Made by a program: the position numbers and the translations under genes. Positions 38,482 through 48,584 of a stretch of 64,000 nucleotides of DNA are shown here, piece by piece (position 1 is the stretch's first letter; each line of letters begins with the position of its first letter). Below the pieces are notes generated by a model. It had not been told where the DNA came from. It saw only the letters and a program-made list of their open reading frames with translations, and searched no databases. Source of the DNA: an uncultured Gemmatimonadaceae bacterium. Its GTDB lineage: Bacteria > Gemmatimonadota > Gemmatimonadetes > Gemmatimonadales > Gemmatimonadaceae. The stretch spans positions 1,376,001-1,440,000 of the forward strand of contig CAVUDW010000003.1 of the NCBI GenBank assembly GCA_963740355.1. The letters run 5' to 3'.

Positions 38482-39114
38482 GTGGACGATGACCTGCTTC
38501 ACCTGACGCTGGGTGCGATGCCCGCCATCGTGCGGGCTCGCCTCAGCGCGGGGCTCAATGCTCGAGGTGATGTGCTGTTGGACGACGGTCGCGCACAGCG
38601 GGCGTCGCGTTCGCACGCCGCCCACTCGGTGCACGTCACGGAGTGGCCGTACGCCGAAGACATCGTCGATCAGCGCGCCGTCACTGTTTTCCTGATCGAC
38701 CCCGGCGTGCACCCGCCGGCGTCGCAGCTCTCCCGCGGCAGCACGGGCTGGCTCCCACTCGATGCCGACGCCGACGATGTGGTGGCAGCCGCTCACGGTG
38801 TCGTCCGCGGCCTGACGGTGATCTCGCCGTCGGTGCTGCCGAACGCCGGCAGTTCACGCGACCGTCCCGCGCGCCGAGAGCAGCGCGTGGCACCGGTGAC
38901 CGCCGGCAGCGACGAGCCGCACCTCACCGACCGCGAGCTGGAAGTCCTCCGTGCGCTGGCCGAAGGCTTGGGCAACAAGCAGATCGGTGCCAGGCTCGGC
39001 ATCAGCCCGAGTACGGTCAAGTATCACCTGCAGGCGATCTTCGCCAAGCTGAATGTGCGCACGCGCAGCGAAGCGGTGTCGTACGGGCTGCGGCATGGGG
39101 TGGTGCCGCTGTAG
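38482..39114 (+). CDS. LuxR-type HTH regulator with degenerate receiver domain
   Basis: LTDRELEVL..GLGNKQIGARLGISPSTVKYHLQAIFAKL; N-domain lacks canonical receiver acidic pocket. Confidence 0.9.
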   Translation: MDDDLLHLTLGAMPAIVRARLSAGLNARGDVLLDDGRAQRASRSHAAHSVHVTEWPYAEDIVDQRAVTVFLIDPGVHPPASQLSRGSTGWLPLDADADDVVAAAHGVVRGLTVISPSVLPNAGSSRDRPARREQRVAPVTAGSDEPHLTDRELEVLRALAEGLGNKQIGARLGISPSTVKYHLQAIFAKLNVRTRSEAVSYGLRHGVVPL

Positions 39115-39157
39115 GAAGTACGCGTTGCAACGCGGCGGTCGTGTACGCGAAAAGACA

Positions 39158-39652
39158 GGCCTAAGTCGTTGGCGGCCATCGGCTTGCCCCCCGATCAAGG
39201 GGTCGGAGATCTTGATCGGGGAATAACGAGGCTAAGTCGTTGCCTGTTATGGACTTGGCCTCCGATCAAGATCTCTGACCCCTTGATCGCCTGACGCGCC
39301 GATCAAGATCTCCGACCCCTTGGTCGCCTGACGCGCCGATCAAGATCTCCGACCCCGATGACGGCTGTAGGGGGCGCGGGCTGTACGCCGCAAAAACTGG
39401 CCTAAGTCGTTGGCGGACATCGGCTTGCCCCCCGATCAAGGGGTCGGAGATCTTGATCGCGGAATAACGAGGCTAAGTCGTTGCCTATTATGGACTTGGC
39501 CTCCGATCAAGATCTCTGACCCCTTGATCGATCAAGATCTCTGACCCCTTGATCGGGCCCGTTGATCGCGCCGACCCCTTGATCGCGAAACTGGCATAAG
39601 TCGTTGGCCGCATTTGATTTGCCCCTCGATCAAGGGGTCAGAGCTCTTGATT
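39158..39652. repeat. Mosaic array of 27-bp REP-like palindromes and IHF-like sites
   Basis: About 9 full or partial copies of CGATCAAG-GGGTCGGAGAT-CTTGATCG in both orientations; TAAGTCGTTG x5; 39158-39289 duplicated at 39399-39530. Confidence 0.9.
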
Positions 39653-39802
39653 CTCCGGCGTCCAGGATTTCCGCCAGCCACCACGCGCTTGATCGGTTGA
39701 CACCACCGTCAGGCAATGGTGGATCGCGGCGTGATGGTACGGGCGACAGGTTTGGGCATGCCCCGCGCGATCGCACGGGCGAACGCCTCCTCCCGGTGCC
39801 CA

Positions 39803-41269
39803 ATGCTTCGATTCCCTTCCGTTGGCCGGCTCTGCGCTCTGACGGCCCTCGTGGCCACGCCGGTGGTCGCACAACTGCCACGCCCTGCCGCCAATACGGC
39901 GCCAATGCTCAGCACCCTCGACGCCGGCGCCGCGCACTACACGCAGGTGGCGCAGCAGATCTGGGGATGGGCGGAAGTCGGCTACATGGAAGCCAAGAGC
40001 TCAGCGTTGTTGCAGGCAGAGCTGAAAGGCGCGGGCTTCACCGTGACGGCAGGCATCGCGGGCGAACCGACGGCGTTCGTGGCGGAGTACGGCAGCGGCA
40101 AACCGGTCATCGCGATCCTCGGTGAGTTCGATGCGCTGCCAGGGCTCTCACAGGCCGCGACACCGGAACGATCGGCCGTCATCAACGGTGGACCCGGCCA
40201 TGGTTGTGGCCATCACCTGTTCGGCACCGCCAGCACCGCCGCAGCGATCTCGCTCAAGCAGTGGATGATCGCCAACAACGTCAAAGGCACGCTGCGCATG
40301 ATCGGCACACCGGCAGAAGAGGGCGGCGCCGGCAAGGTCTACATGGTGCGCGACGGTGTGTTCAACGATGTCGATGCGGTGATCGCCTGGCATCCGGGCG
40401 ACGAGAACTCGATCACCGGCAATCGCTCGATGGCGAATATCTCCGGCAAGTTTCGCTTCCACGGCCTGAGCGCACACGCCGCCGCTTCACCCGAGCGCGG
40501 GCGGTCGGCGCTGGACGCAGTGGAAGTGATGGACGTCATGACGAACTACCTGCGCGAACACATCCCGGACGGCAGTCGCATTCACTACGTGATCACGAAC
40601 GGCGGCAAGGCTCCGAACGTGGTGCCCGACGAGGCCGAGGTCTACTACGTGGCGCGACACGTCGACATGCGTGTCGTGCAGGACATCTGGGAGCGGATCA
40701 CGAATGCCGCGCGCGGTGCGGCACTCGGCACCGGCACCACCTTCGACCTGCAACTCGTCGGCTCGGTGTATGCGCTTCAACCGAACGAGACTTTGGCGCG
40801 TGTGCAACAGCGCGCCCTGGAGCGTGTCGGCGGCTTCACCTACACCCCGGACGAGCGGAGCTTCGCCGAGCGACTGCAGAAGTCGACCGCGTTCCAGGCG
40901 GTCCCGCTCGAGAACTCCATGCGTGTGAAGCCACTGGTGCTGGACCAGGCGGATCCGGGATCGACCGATGTCGGTGATGTGAGCTGGGTGGTCCCAACCG
41001 TGCAGTTGTCTGCCGCGACGTGGGTGCCGGGCACCGCGGCGCATTCATGGCAAGCGGTCGCGGCCGGCGGCATGAGCATCGGCTCGAAGGGCATGATGGT
41101 GGCCGCGAAGGTGATGGCACTCACGGGTGCCGACCTCTTCACGTCACCGGCGACCATCGACGTCGCCAAGGCGGAGTTGGTGCGGCGTCGCGGGCCGAAC
41201 TTCACCTACACCACAGCGCTCGGCACGCAGAAGCCACAGCTGGACTATCGGAAGGGCAGCGTACCCTGA
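39803..41269 (+). CDS. Secreted M20-family amidohydrolase (AbgB-like)
   Basis: Signal peptide, GEFDALPG, GHGCGHH, PAEEGG, WHP, GSTDVGDVSW, AHSWQ; ATG 39803. Confidence 0.92.
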   Translation: MLRFPSVGRLCALTALVATPVVAQLPRPAANTAPMLSTLDAGAAHYTQVAQQIWGWAEVGYMEAKSSALLQAELKGAGFTVTAGIAGEPTAFVAEYGSGKPVIAILGEFDALPGLSQAATPERSAVINGGPGHGCGHHLFGTASTAAAISLKQWMIANNVKGTLRMIGTPAEEGGAGKVYMVRDGVFNDVDAVIAWHPGDENSITGNRSMANISGKFRFHGLSAHAAASPERGRSALDAVEVMDVMTNYLREHIPDGSRIHYVITNGGKAPNVVPDEAEVYYVARHVDMRVVQDIWERITNAARGAALGTGTTFDLQLVGSVYALQPNETLARVQQRALERVGGFTYTPDERSFAERLQKSTAFQAVPLENSMRVKPLVLDQADPGSTDVGDVSWVVPTVQLSAATWVPGTAAHSWQAVAAGGMSIGSKGMMVAAKVMALTGADLFTSPATIDVAKAELVRRRGPNFTYTTALGTQKPQLDYRKGSVP

Positions 41270-41299
41270 AGTAGCGCCGGGAGGCGCGGAGCACGAACG

Positions 41300-41782
41300 A
41301 TGCTTACTGAATTGCGGCACCTGCGCGATCACATGGCATGGGCTGACGATGCCATCCTCGATGCACTGGCGGGCGCCGCTGAACTGCCGGTCGAGGCGGC
41401 GCGTGAGTTTGCGCATGTGCTGGGCTCGGAGGAATGCTGGCTCGCGCGTCTCGAATCGCGCGCGCCACGTTCGGCGATCTGGCCGAGCGTCAATCTCTCG
41501 GAGCTGATGCAACTCGCGGTTGACGTGCAGGTGGGATACGCGCGGCACCTCGATGCGCTCACCGAAGCCGACTTGCATCGCATCGTGACCTACACGAACA
41601 GCGCCGGTATCCTCTTCGAGACATCGGCGCGTGACATCCTGCATCACGTCTTCCTCCACTCACAGTATCATCGCGGCAAGGTGAACCTGTTGCTGCGCCA
41701 GGCTGGCCTGGCCCCGACGCCGGTTGACTACATCGGGTTCATTCGCGGATTCCCGGCCGCCGTCACACGAGTCGGCGGCTAG
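41300..41782 (+). CDS. DinB family protein
   Basis: HMAWAD, FAHV, HVFLHSQYHRGK, PVDYI. Confidence 0.88.
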   Translation: MLTELRHLRDHMAWADDAILDALAGAAELPVEAAREFAHVLGSEECWLARLESRAPRSAIWPSVNLSELMQLAVDVQVGYARHLDALTEADLHRIVTYTNSAGILFETSARDILHHVFLHSQYHRGKVNLLLRQAGLAPTPVDYIGFIRGFPAAVTRVGG

Positions 41783-41938
41783 GGCACGCCTCTTCCGTCA
41801 TCACATTTCTCGGTCGGCATTCACGCACCATGGTGCGCGCCGGTGTGCGATACGTGATCGAGAAAAGGCCGTTGTCATTGTGCAGGACCTCCATGGCCTG
41901 ACCAGCGCGTGGCGTGCATCGCGCGATACATTCCCGCG

Positions 41939-43813
41939 ATGCGCCTCCTCGCACTGACAGGCAGCCTTCGGGCACGCTCCATCAACACAGAGCTGCTCCG
42001 CGCCGTGGCGCTGGTCGCGCCGCCCGACGTGAGCGTCACGTTCAGCGATGCCCTCGGGCAGTTGCCACACTTCAACCCTGATCTCGATCAGGAGGGTATG
42101 GCACAGCCTGCAACGGTGACACGACTGCGCGGCGAGGTCGCGGACGCTGATGCCGTCATCATCTCCTGCCCCGAGTACGCGCACGGGATCGCTGGGTCGT
42201 TCAAGAACCTGCTCGACTGGCTCGTGAGCAGCAGTGAGATGCCGGGTAAGCCGATCTGCGTGCTCAACGCATCAACCAGTTCGCGCTTCGGCCCGGCGTC
42301 GCTAGTCGAAATCCTGAAGACCATGTCCACTCTGGTCGTGACCGGTGACGCCGTCACGGTACCGGTGGATGGTCGCCGAATGGACGCTGCCGCGATCGCG
42401 GCCGATGCGGAACTGCGCGCCGTGCTCGACGATGCGATCGCCGCCATTGCTGCGGCTGTGGCCGCCCCGCGCATTCGCGACGACTTCCTCCGCGCCGCCC
42501 TCGCACCGCGCACGGGATCACATGCCAGCGGCACGTTGGCGATTGCCGATGCGCTGCTGACAACGCACGCAAACCTTGCCACGCATGACATCTACGTCGC
42601 CGCGACGCTCGGCAACGCTGACGCCGTTCGGCAGTTCCTCGACGCGAACCCGTCACTCGCGACCGCGACCAGCGCGCCCTACGGCTGGGACGCGCTCACC
42701 TGCCTCTGTTTTTCACGCTACCTGCGCCTCGACGATGCACGCTCCGCGGGTTTCGTTGACGCCGCACGCGCGTTGCTCGATGCGGGCGCAAGCGCAAACA
42801 CGGGGTTCTTCGAGAAAGACCATACGCCGGCACCCGAGTTCGAGAGTGTGCTGTATGGCGCGGCTGGTGTGGCGCATCACGAAGGGGTGACGCGACTGCT
42901 CCTCGAGCGCGGCGCCGATCCGAACGACAACGAGGTCCCGTATCACTCACCCGAGGGGTATGACCTTCGTGCATTGCGCGCCATCCTCGACTCCGGCCGC
43001 GTGACGCCGGAGACCCTCACGATGATGCTGCTCCGAAAGAGCGACTGGCATGATCGTGACGGCATGCAGCTGGTGCTGGAACGTGGCGCTGATGCAAATG
43101 CCGAAAGTCTCTGGGGTACCACGCCATTGCGTCATGCGATCCGCAGCGACAACTCGGCAGCGATCGTGACCTTGCTGCTCGACCACGGCGCCGACGCCAC
43201 GAGGCCCAATCAAGGCATGACACCCTACGCCCTCGCCGCGTGGGCCGGCCGCAAGGAATTGCTGGAGTTGTTCGATGACCGTGGCCAGAGCGTCGCGCTG
43301 CATGGACTCGACGCCTTGGTCGAAGCCTGTGCACGGCAGCAGGGAGCTCGTGCGCTCCAGCTGGTCGAGGCAGAACCGACGCTGCTGCCGCAGTTGCGCG
43401 AGCGCGGCGCGAAGGTCTTGGTGCGCTTCGCCGGTGTCGGCAATAGCGAGGGCCTCGAATGCCTGCTCGATCTCGGCCTCGATGTGAACGCTGCCGATCC
43501 AGACCCGAACGGGTACTTCGAACTTGCCGCGCACACGACCGCGCTGCACATCGCCGCATGGCGTGGGCGGCACGCAACGGTGCGATTCCTGATCGGTCGC
43601 GGCGCCGATGTGAACCTGCGCGATGCAGCGGGCCGGTCCGCATTGAGCCTCGCCGTGCGCGCATGCGTAGACTCCTACTGGACCGACTCGCGAGCGCCGG
43701 ATTCGGTGGCCATGCTGCTCGACGCGGGCGCGTCGGTCGCGGGCGCGCGGTTCCCGTCCGGGTATGACGAGGTCGATGTGTTGTTGCGGGCCCACGGCGC
43801 GACCAATTCCTGA
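41939..43813 (+). CDS. NADPH-dependent FMN reductase fused to ankyrin-repeat domain
   Basis: GSLRARSIN, PEYAHG, KNLLDW (FMN_red) then repeated LLERGADPN/TPLRHA/TALHIAA ankyrin motifs in one frame. Confidence 0.85.
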   Translation: MRLLALTGSLRARSINTELLRAVALVAPPDVSVTFSDALGQLPHFNPDLDQEGMAQPATVTRLRGEVADADAVIISCPEYAHGIAGSFKNLLDWLVSSSEMPGKPICVLNASTSSRFGPASLVEILKTMSTLVVTGDAVTVPVDGRRMDAAAIAADAELRAVLDDAIAAIAAAVAAPRIRDDFLRAALAPRTGSHASGTLAIADALLTTHANLATHDIYVAATLGNADAVRQFLDANPSLATATSAPYGWDALTCLCFSRYLRLDDARSAGFVDAARALLDAGASANTGFFEKDHTPAPEFESVLYGAAGVAHHEGVTRLLLERGADPNDNEVPYHSPEGYDLRALRAILDSGRVTPETLTMMLLRKSDWHDRDGMQLVLERGADANAESLWGTTPLRHAIRSDNSAAIVTLLLDHGADATRPNQGMTPYALAAWAGRKELLELFDDRGQSVALHGLDALVEACARQQGARALQLVEAEPTLLPQLRERGAKVLVRFAGVGNSEGLECLLDLGLDVNAADPDPNGYFELAAHTTALHIAAWRGRHATVRFLIGRGADVNLRDAAGRSALSLAVRACVDSYWTDSRAPDSVAMLLDAGASVAGARFPSGYDEVDVLLRAHGATNS

Positions 43814-43857
43814 CATCCAGCGACGCGAACTGCACGCATCGACGAGAGTGTTGCCCA

Positions 43858-44280
43858 GTGATCGTGATCCGCATGCTCGGCCCGCACGACGCTGGGCTCC
43901 TCGACAATCTCGCCGCCGACGTGTTCGATGACGCGATCGAGCCGGCGTGGCGAGAAGAATTCTTTGCCGACCCGCGACACCACCTGGCCGTGGCGTTCGA
44001 CGGCACCTGCGTAGTCGGGATGGCGAGTGGCGTGCACTACCTCCATCCGGACAAACCCGCTGAGCTGTTCGTGAACGAGGTGGGCGTTGCGATGACTTAC
44101 CGCGATCAGGGTGTGGGGCGACGCCTCCTGCAGGCGCTGCTGGACCATGCCGCGACGCTCGGCTGCCAGAGCGCATGGGTGCTGACCGAGGAATCGAATC
44201 AGGCAGCGCGGCGTATGTACGCGGCCGCCGGCGGCGTGGAACAGGTGGAACGTCCGGTGATGATCGAGTTCCGGACCTGA
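43858..44280 (+). CDS. GNAT family acetyltransferase
   Basis: [15 protein letters not shown] motif A, N..ARRMY..GG. Confidence 0.9.
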   Translation: MIVIRMLGPHDAGLLDNLAADVFDDAIEPAWREEFFADPRHHLAVAFDGTCVVGMASGVHYLHPDKPAELFVNEVGVAMTYRDQGVGRRLLQALLDHAATLGCQSAWVLTEESNQAARRMYAAAGGVEQVERPVMIEFRT

Positions 44281-44410
44281 CCATCCTCCCCACGCTGCAT
44301 CTCCGTCTGCTTGCGTCCGCGGGTGCCGCCCGACAGCGTTGCAGCGACGAATCTGTCAGCCATCATTTCCCGACGTCGACTTTCCCTTTCTCCCTGCTGC
44401 GGAGCGCACC

Positions 44411-45286
44411 GTGGAACGCCGTACCTTCCTGCTTCAGTCTGCGCTTGCCGCGACGACGCTGCCCGTGCTGATGCGCCACGTCGCCAAGCCACCCTTCCGC
44501 ATTTCGCTGGCCCAGTGGTCGTTTCACAAGGCACTGTTCGCGAAGGAGATGGAGCACCTCGACTTCGCGAAGGTCGCCAAGCGCACGTACGGCATCGAGG
44601 CGATCGAGTATGTGAACGTCTTCTTCAAGGACAAGGCGACCGACGCCGCATACCTCGCGGAGATGAACAAGCGCGCGAAGGACGAGGGGGTGTACCAGCA
44701 CCTGATCATGGTTGACGGCGAAGGTGCGCTCGGTGACCCCGACATGACCAAGCGCCAGCAGGCAGTCGACAACCATCGCAAGTGGCTCGATGCGGCGAAG
44801 ACACTCGGCTGCGCCACCATCCGTGTCAACGCACAGAGCACAGGCACACCCGAGGAGCAGCAGAAGCTCGCCGCCGATGGCCTGCGCAAGTTAGCCGAGT
44901 TGGCCGCGCCGATGAACCTCAACGTGATCGTCGAGAACCACGGTGGCCTGTCGTCACACGGCGACTGGCTCGTCGGCGTGATGAAGCTCGTTGACCACCC
45001 GCGCATGGGGACCCTGCCCGACTTCGGCAACTTCTACGACTACGACCGCTATCAGGCCGTGACGGAGATGATGCCGTATGCGAAGGCGGTCAGCGCCAAG
45101 TCATTCGACTTCGATGCCGCTGGCAACGAGACCACCATCGACTACGTGCGCATGATGCGCATCGTCAAGGCGGCAAAGTTCAGCAGCTGGGTCGGCATCG
45201 AGTACGAAGGCGAGAAGACCCCCGAACCGGACGGCGTTCGCCTCACCCTGGCGCTCCTCAAGCGACTGCAGGCCGAACTGGCCTGA
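44411..45286 (+). CDS. Tat-exported sugar phosphate isomerase/epimerase (TIM barrel)
   Basis: GTG start with GGAG RBS, RRTFL, ISLAQWS, ENHGG, PDFGNF, VSAK, GIEYEG. Confidence 0.88.
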   Translation: MERRTFLLQSALAATTLPVLMRHVAKPPFRISLAQWSFHKALFAKEMEHLDFAKVAKRTYGIEAIEYVNVFFKDKATDAAYLAEMNKRAKDEGVYQHLIMVDGEGALGDPDMTKRQQAVDNHRKWLDAAKTLGCATIRVNAQSTGTPEEQQKLAADGLRKLAELAAPMNLNVIVENHGGLSSHGDWLVGVMKLVDHPRMGTLPDFGNFYDYDRYQAVTEMMPYAKAVSAKSFDFDAAGNETTIDYVRMMRIVKAAKFSSWVGIEYEGEKTPEPDGVRLTLALLKRLQAELA

Positions 45287-45337
45287 TCGCTCGGCGCTCT
45301 CGCCCGTACACCGCGCGCGAGTCGTGCTCTCGGAGAC

Positions 45338-46375
45338 TCAGAGCAGCACTTCTCGCCGCGTCTCGGACGACTCGATTCCCAGTGCGATCAGGCGCATGAC
45401 CTGCAGCGCCTCAGTGGCCGGCACGGGGTTGGGGCCGGTGCCATGAATCGCGTCCCGCACAGCGGCGTAGTAGCGGCGATAGTCGCCGACATCACCGTGC
45501 ACCAGTCGAGTGCTCGTACGCTCACCATCGACGGTGGTGAGCGTGCCAGGTCGGTTGTCCACGCCCCAGAGTGCATCGCCTGGCGTGCGGCCAGCCTTCA
45601 ACGCGTCTTCCTGCGTATCGAGCCCCTGCTTGACGAAGCTGCCGTGTGTGCCGTGCACCGAATAGCGAAGGTCATGCGCGGCCATCATCGTGGACGCATG
45701 CAGGATCACGCGCAATCGATCGTAGCGCATCACGGCGTGGAAGTAGTCGTCGGTCTGTCCACCGTCACGCTGCACGGAGATGTCGGCCGTGATACCGATC
45801 GGCACGCCGAACAGCCGCAGCGCCTGATCGATCAGGTGCGGGGCGAGGTCGTACCAGAGGCCCGCGCCCGGACCCTTCTGCTCGCGCCACCGATCGCGCA
45901 CCTCGAGTCGGAAACGATCGAAGTGTGACTCGAACTGCGTCACGACGCCGAGCGCTCCGTCAGCCACCAGGCTGCGCAGCGTGACGAAGTCGGCGTCGTA
46001 GCGACGATTGTGAAAGACCGACAGCACCTTGCCCGCGCGCTCCGCATGCGCGATCACCGACTCGGCTTCCTCCACCGTCACCGTGAACGGCTTGTCGACG
46101 ACGACATGCTTGCCCGCGTCGAGCACCGCGTGCGCCTGCGGCGCGTGCAGCGGATTCGGTGTCGCGATCACCACCAGGTCGATCGCCGGGTCGGCAAGCA
46201 CCACCGACAAGTCGGGCGCGACGCGCGTGGCGGGGAAATCGGCGTGCACCGCAGCCGGGTTGCTCGAGACCACGCTGTGCAGCGTGAGGCCATCGACCGA
46301 TGCGATCAGCGGTGCATGAAAGATCTTGCCGACGAAGCCGTAGCCGACGAGCGCGACGTTCAGGTTCTGGGCCAT
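45338..46375 (-). CDS. Gfo/Idh/MocA oxidoreductase (YdgJ-like)
   Basis: GYGFVG..FHAP, VVVDKPF, FHNRR, WYDLAPH, QEDALK. Confidence 0.92.
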   Translation of the reverse strand: MAQNLNVALVGYGFVGKIFHAPLIASVDGLTLHSVVSSNPAAVHADFPATRVAPDLSVVLADPAIDLVVIATPNPLHAPQAHAVLDAGKHVVVDKPFTVTVEEAESVIAHAERAGKVLSVFHNRRYDADFVTLRSLVADGALGVVTQFESHFDRFRLEVRDRWREQKGPGAGLWYDLAPHLIDQALRLFGVPIGITADISVQRDGGQTDDYFHAVMRYDRLRVILHASTMMAAHDLRYSVHGTHGSFVKQGLDTQEDALKAGRTPGDALWGVDNRPGTLTTVDGERTSTRLVHGDVGDYRRYYAAVRDAIHGTGPNPVPATEALQVMRLIALGIESSETRREVLL

Positions 46376-46424
46376 AGAGAGATGGGCAACCGGGCGGGAC
46401 AGGGATGAACGACACAGTGATCGT

Positions 46425-46452
46425 GTGATGTTTCATGAATTTCAAACATCAC
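46425..46452. promoter_or_regulatory. Candidate operator in divergent promoter
   Basis: Perfect IR GTGATGTTT-N10-AAACATCAC, AT-rich. Confidence 0.5.
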
Positions 46453-46597
46453 CACACGGCATCAGGTACTGTACTGGTGCCGGAGTGAGCCCGTCGTTAC
46501 CGCCTCACGCCGTTGCGTGTGTTCTCCTGAGAGCGTCAGGCACATGCCCGCTCAGACACCAGCAACACTTCGGCCTCGGGCCGATCACAGGGGAATC

Positions 46598-47455
46598 ATG
46601 CTGAAATGCTTTAACGAGTCGCTGCGCATCGACCAGGTTGACCGTGAGGCGTTTCGCTTCGGGCACAACCTGCTCGGTCATCCGGCGCTCTCCCTCGAGA
46701 ACCTCGCCAAGGTGCTGCCGGCCCTGCCGCAGCCCAACGTGATGTATTCGAAGGGCTTGCTGATGAATGGCGACGACTTCGAGAGCACCTTTCGCAAGCG
46801 CCCGGAAGACCGGTCGCTGGAGCAGACGATCGAGGAGATTCGCACCGGCAACTCGTACATCATGGTGAAGTCGCCGGAACTCGACCCGTCGTTCCAGCCC
46901 CTCTTTCAGGACCTGCTCGCGGACGTGAACTCGATTGTCCGGGAGCGGCGGATCAGTCGGGAAGCGATCGACCCGCAGTTGTACCTCTTCATCGCCTCAC
47001 CGAACAGCGTCACCCCGTTCCACATCGATCGCAACTCGACCTTCCTGATGCAGTTTCGCGGCACGAAGCACGTGCACGTGTTCCCCCAGTGGGATGAGCG
47101 CGTGGTGAGTGCCCCGGACACCGAGCTGTACATGGCCTACACCAGCACCAAGCTGCCTTGGTCACCGGAGATTGATTCCATGGGCACCGACTTCGAGTTC
47201 AAGCCGGGCGAGGCGCTGCACATTCCCTTCGTCGCCGGCCATCACGTGCGCAACGGCGCAGACGATGTGTCGATCTCGATGTCGATCATCTTCAATACCG
47301 ACGAGAATCTCGAGTGGAAGAGCGCACTGGCGTTCAACCATTCACTGCGGAACGTGATGGGTCGGGTGGGCGCGAAGCCGAAGTCCATCGGCTCCAGCCC
47401 GACGCGAGATGCCGCCAAAGCGCGCATGTATCGTGGGCTGACCGCGCTGCGATAG
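46598..47455 (+). CDS. JmjC/cupin-like Fe(II)/2-oxoglutarate-dependent protein
   Basis: TPFHID (HxD), QFRGTK, PGEALHIP, HHVRN; ATG 46598. Confidence 0.85.
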   Translation: MLKCFNESLRIDQVDREAFRFGHNLLGHPALSLENLAKVLPALPQPNVMYSKGLLMNGDDFESTFRKRPEDRSLEQTIEEIRTGNSYIMVKSPELDPSFQPLFQDLLADVNSIVRERRISREAIDPQLYLFIASPNSVTPFHIDRNSTFLMQFRGTKHVHVFPQWDERVVSAPDTELYMAYTSTKLPWSPEIDSMGTDFEFKPGEALHIPFVAGHHVRNGADDVSISMSIIFNTDENLEWKSALAFNHSLRNVMGRVGAKPKSIGSSPTRDAAKARMYRGLTALR

Positions 47456-47596
47456 AGCATCGGTGAGGCTTGGCGGCCGATGTGCCTGCCCCGCGGCACC
47501 GGGGGAGAGCGCACTGGTCGATCAGCAGGCACCAAACGACGATCGCGACATCGGCACTGAGCCGGTGTCGCGATCGTCGTTACGGCGCATGCGTCG

Positions 47597-48481
47597 TCAG
47601 CGCTTGTTTGGCCCGCGACGCCAGGCGTCGAACATCGGCAGGCCAGCACCGGCGGCGGTGATCAATGCGGGCAGCAGCACACCCGAGCGCCCCATCGCCA
47701 TCAGTACCAGGCCGACCGACGACAGCACCGCACCTGCAATCATCATCGTCTCTTCTCGGCGCTGCATCACGCGACCGTACAACACCGACAACCAGCGGCG
47801 ATGCACAGGCAGCAATCGTGACTTCGTGATCACCAGCCCCTCCAGCGCCCAGGCGTTGGTCGGGTCGAGTTCACGCGCCTGCTCGAACTCGGCGTGCGCC
47901 CCCTTCACGTCGCCTGTCTCCAGCAGCGTCCACGCATGCCCGGTGCGCGCGAGGGCGTTGGCCGGATAACTGTTCGCGAAGGTGCGCCATGTGTCGCCGG
48001 CACGCACGTCGAGTCCCTTGCCCGCCGCGATCGCCGCGCGCAGCGGCAGCAACTCCTCTTCGTCGGCGCCATGTGATGCAGCATCCGCCACCGCAGCGCG
48101 CGCCGCTTCCCACTGTGCCTTCTGCAGGTAGACGCGCGCGAGCAGCACATGTGTATCCGATTCTTCCGGATCGAGTGCGACGGCCCGCTCAGCCGCACGC
48201 TGGGCACCCGGGAGGATGTTCGCGCGCAGCAGCACCACGCCGCGGGTCCAGTGGGCGAAGGCGGCGATCGGGGCTTGCTGCACGGCCGTTGCGCTGGCCG
48301 CGAGGGCGCCCGTGGTATCGCCGGTCTCGAGCAGGAGCAGCGCCCGCATGCCGTGAAGCCAGGCGTCACCCGGGCCAAGGATCAGCGAGCGGTCCAGCAG
48401 CTCGAGCGCATCAGCGAACCGCGCATCGGCGATGAGTTCGCCCAGCCGGGCACTAATGACGTTTTCGTCGAGCTGAGACAT
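47597..48481 (-). CDS. TPR-repeat protein with C-terminal TM helices
   Basis: Repeated A..A..LDP helical units; two hydrophobic segments at C-terminus. Confidence 0.8.
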   Translation of the reverse strand: MSQLDENVISARLGELIADARFADALELLDRSLILGPGDAWLHGMRALLLLETGDTTGALAASATAVQQAPIAAFAHWTRGVVLLRANILPGAQRAAERAVALDPEESDTHVLLARVYLQKAQWEAARAAVADAASHGADEEELLPLRAAIAAGKGLDVRAGDTWRTFANSYPANALARTGHAWTLLETGDVKGAHAEFEQARELDPTNAWALEGLVITKSRLLPVHRRWLSVLYGRVMQRREETMMIAGAVLSSVGLVLMAMGRSGVLLPALITAAGAGLPMFDAWRRGPNKR

Positions 48482-48584
48482 GCGATTGGGTACGATTGAG
48501 AGAGGATTCCCAGATCAATAGCGCAATGCTTGGGCCAGCGAGCGGGACCGTAAACCAATTGAAACAGGATATAGTTTGGGCTCC

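Noticed and set aside
39158..39652. Possible CRISPR array
   Set aside because: Repeats alternate orientation, spacers are themselves repeated and irregular, and there are no cas genes
43858..44280. Aminoglycoside acetyltransferase resistance gene
   Set aside because: Only generic GNAT motifs and no mobile-element context, so a substrate cannot be assigned
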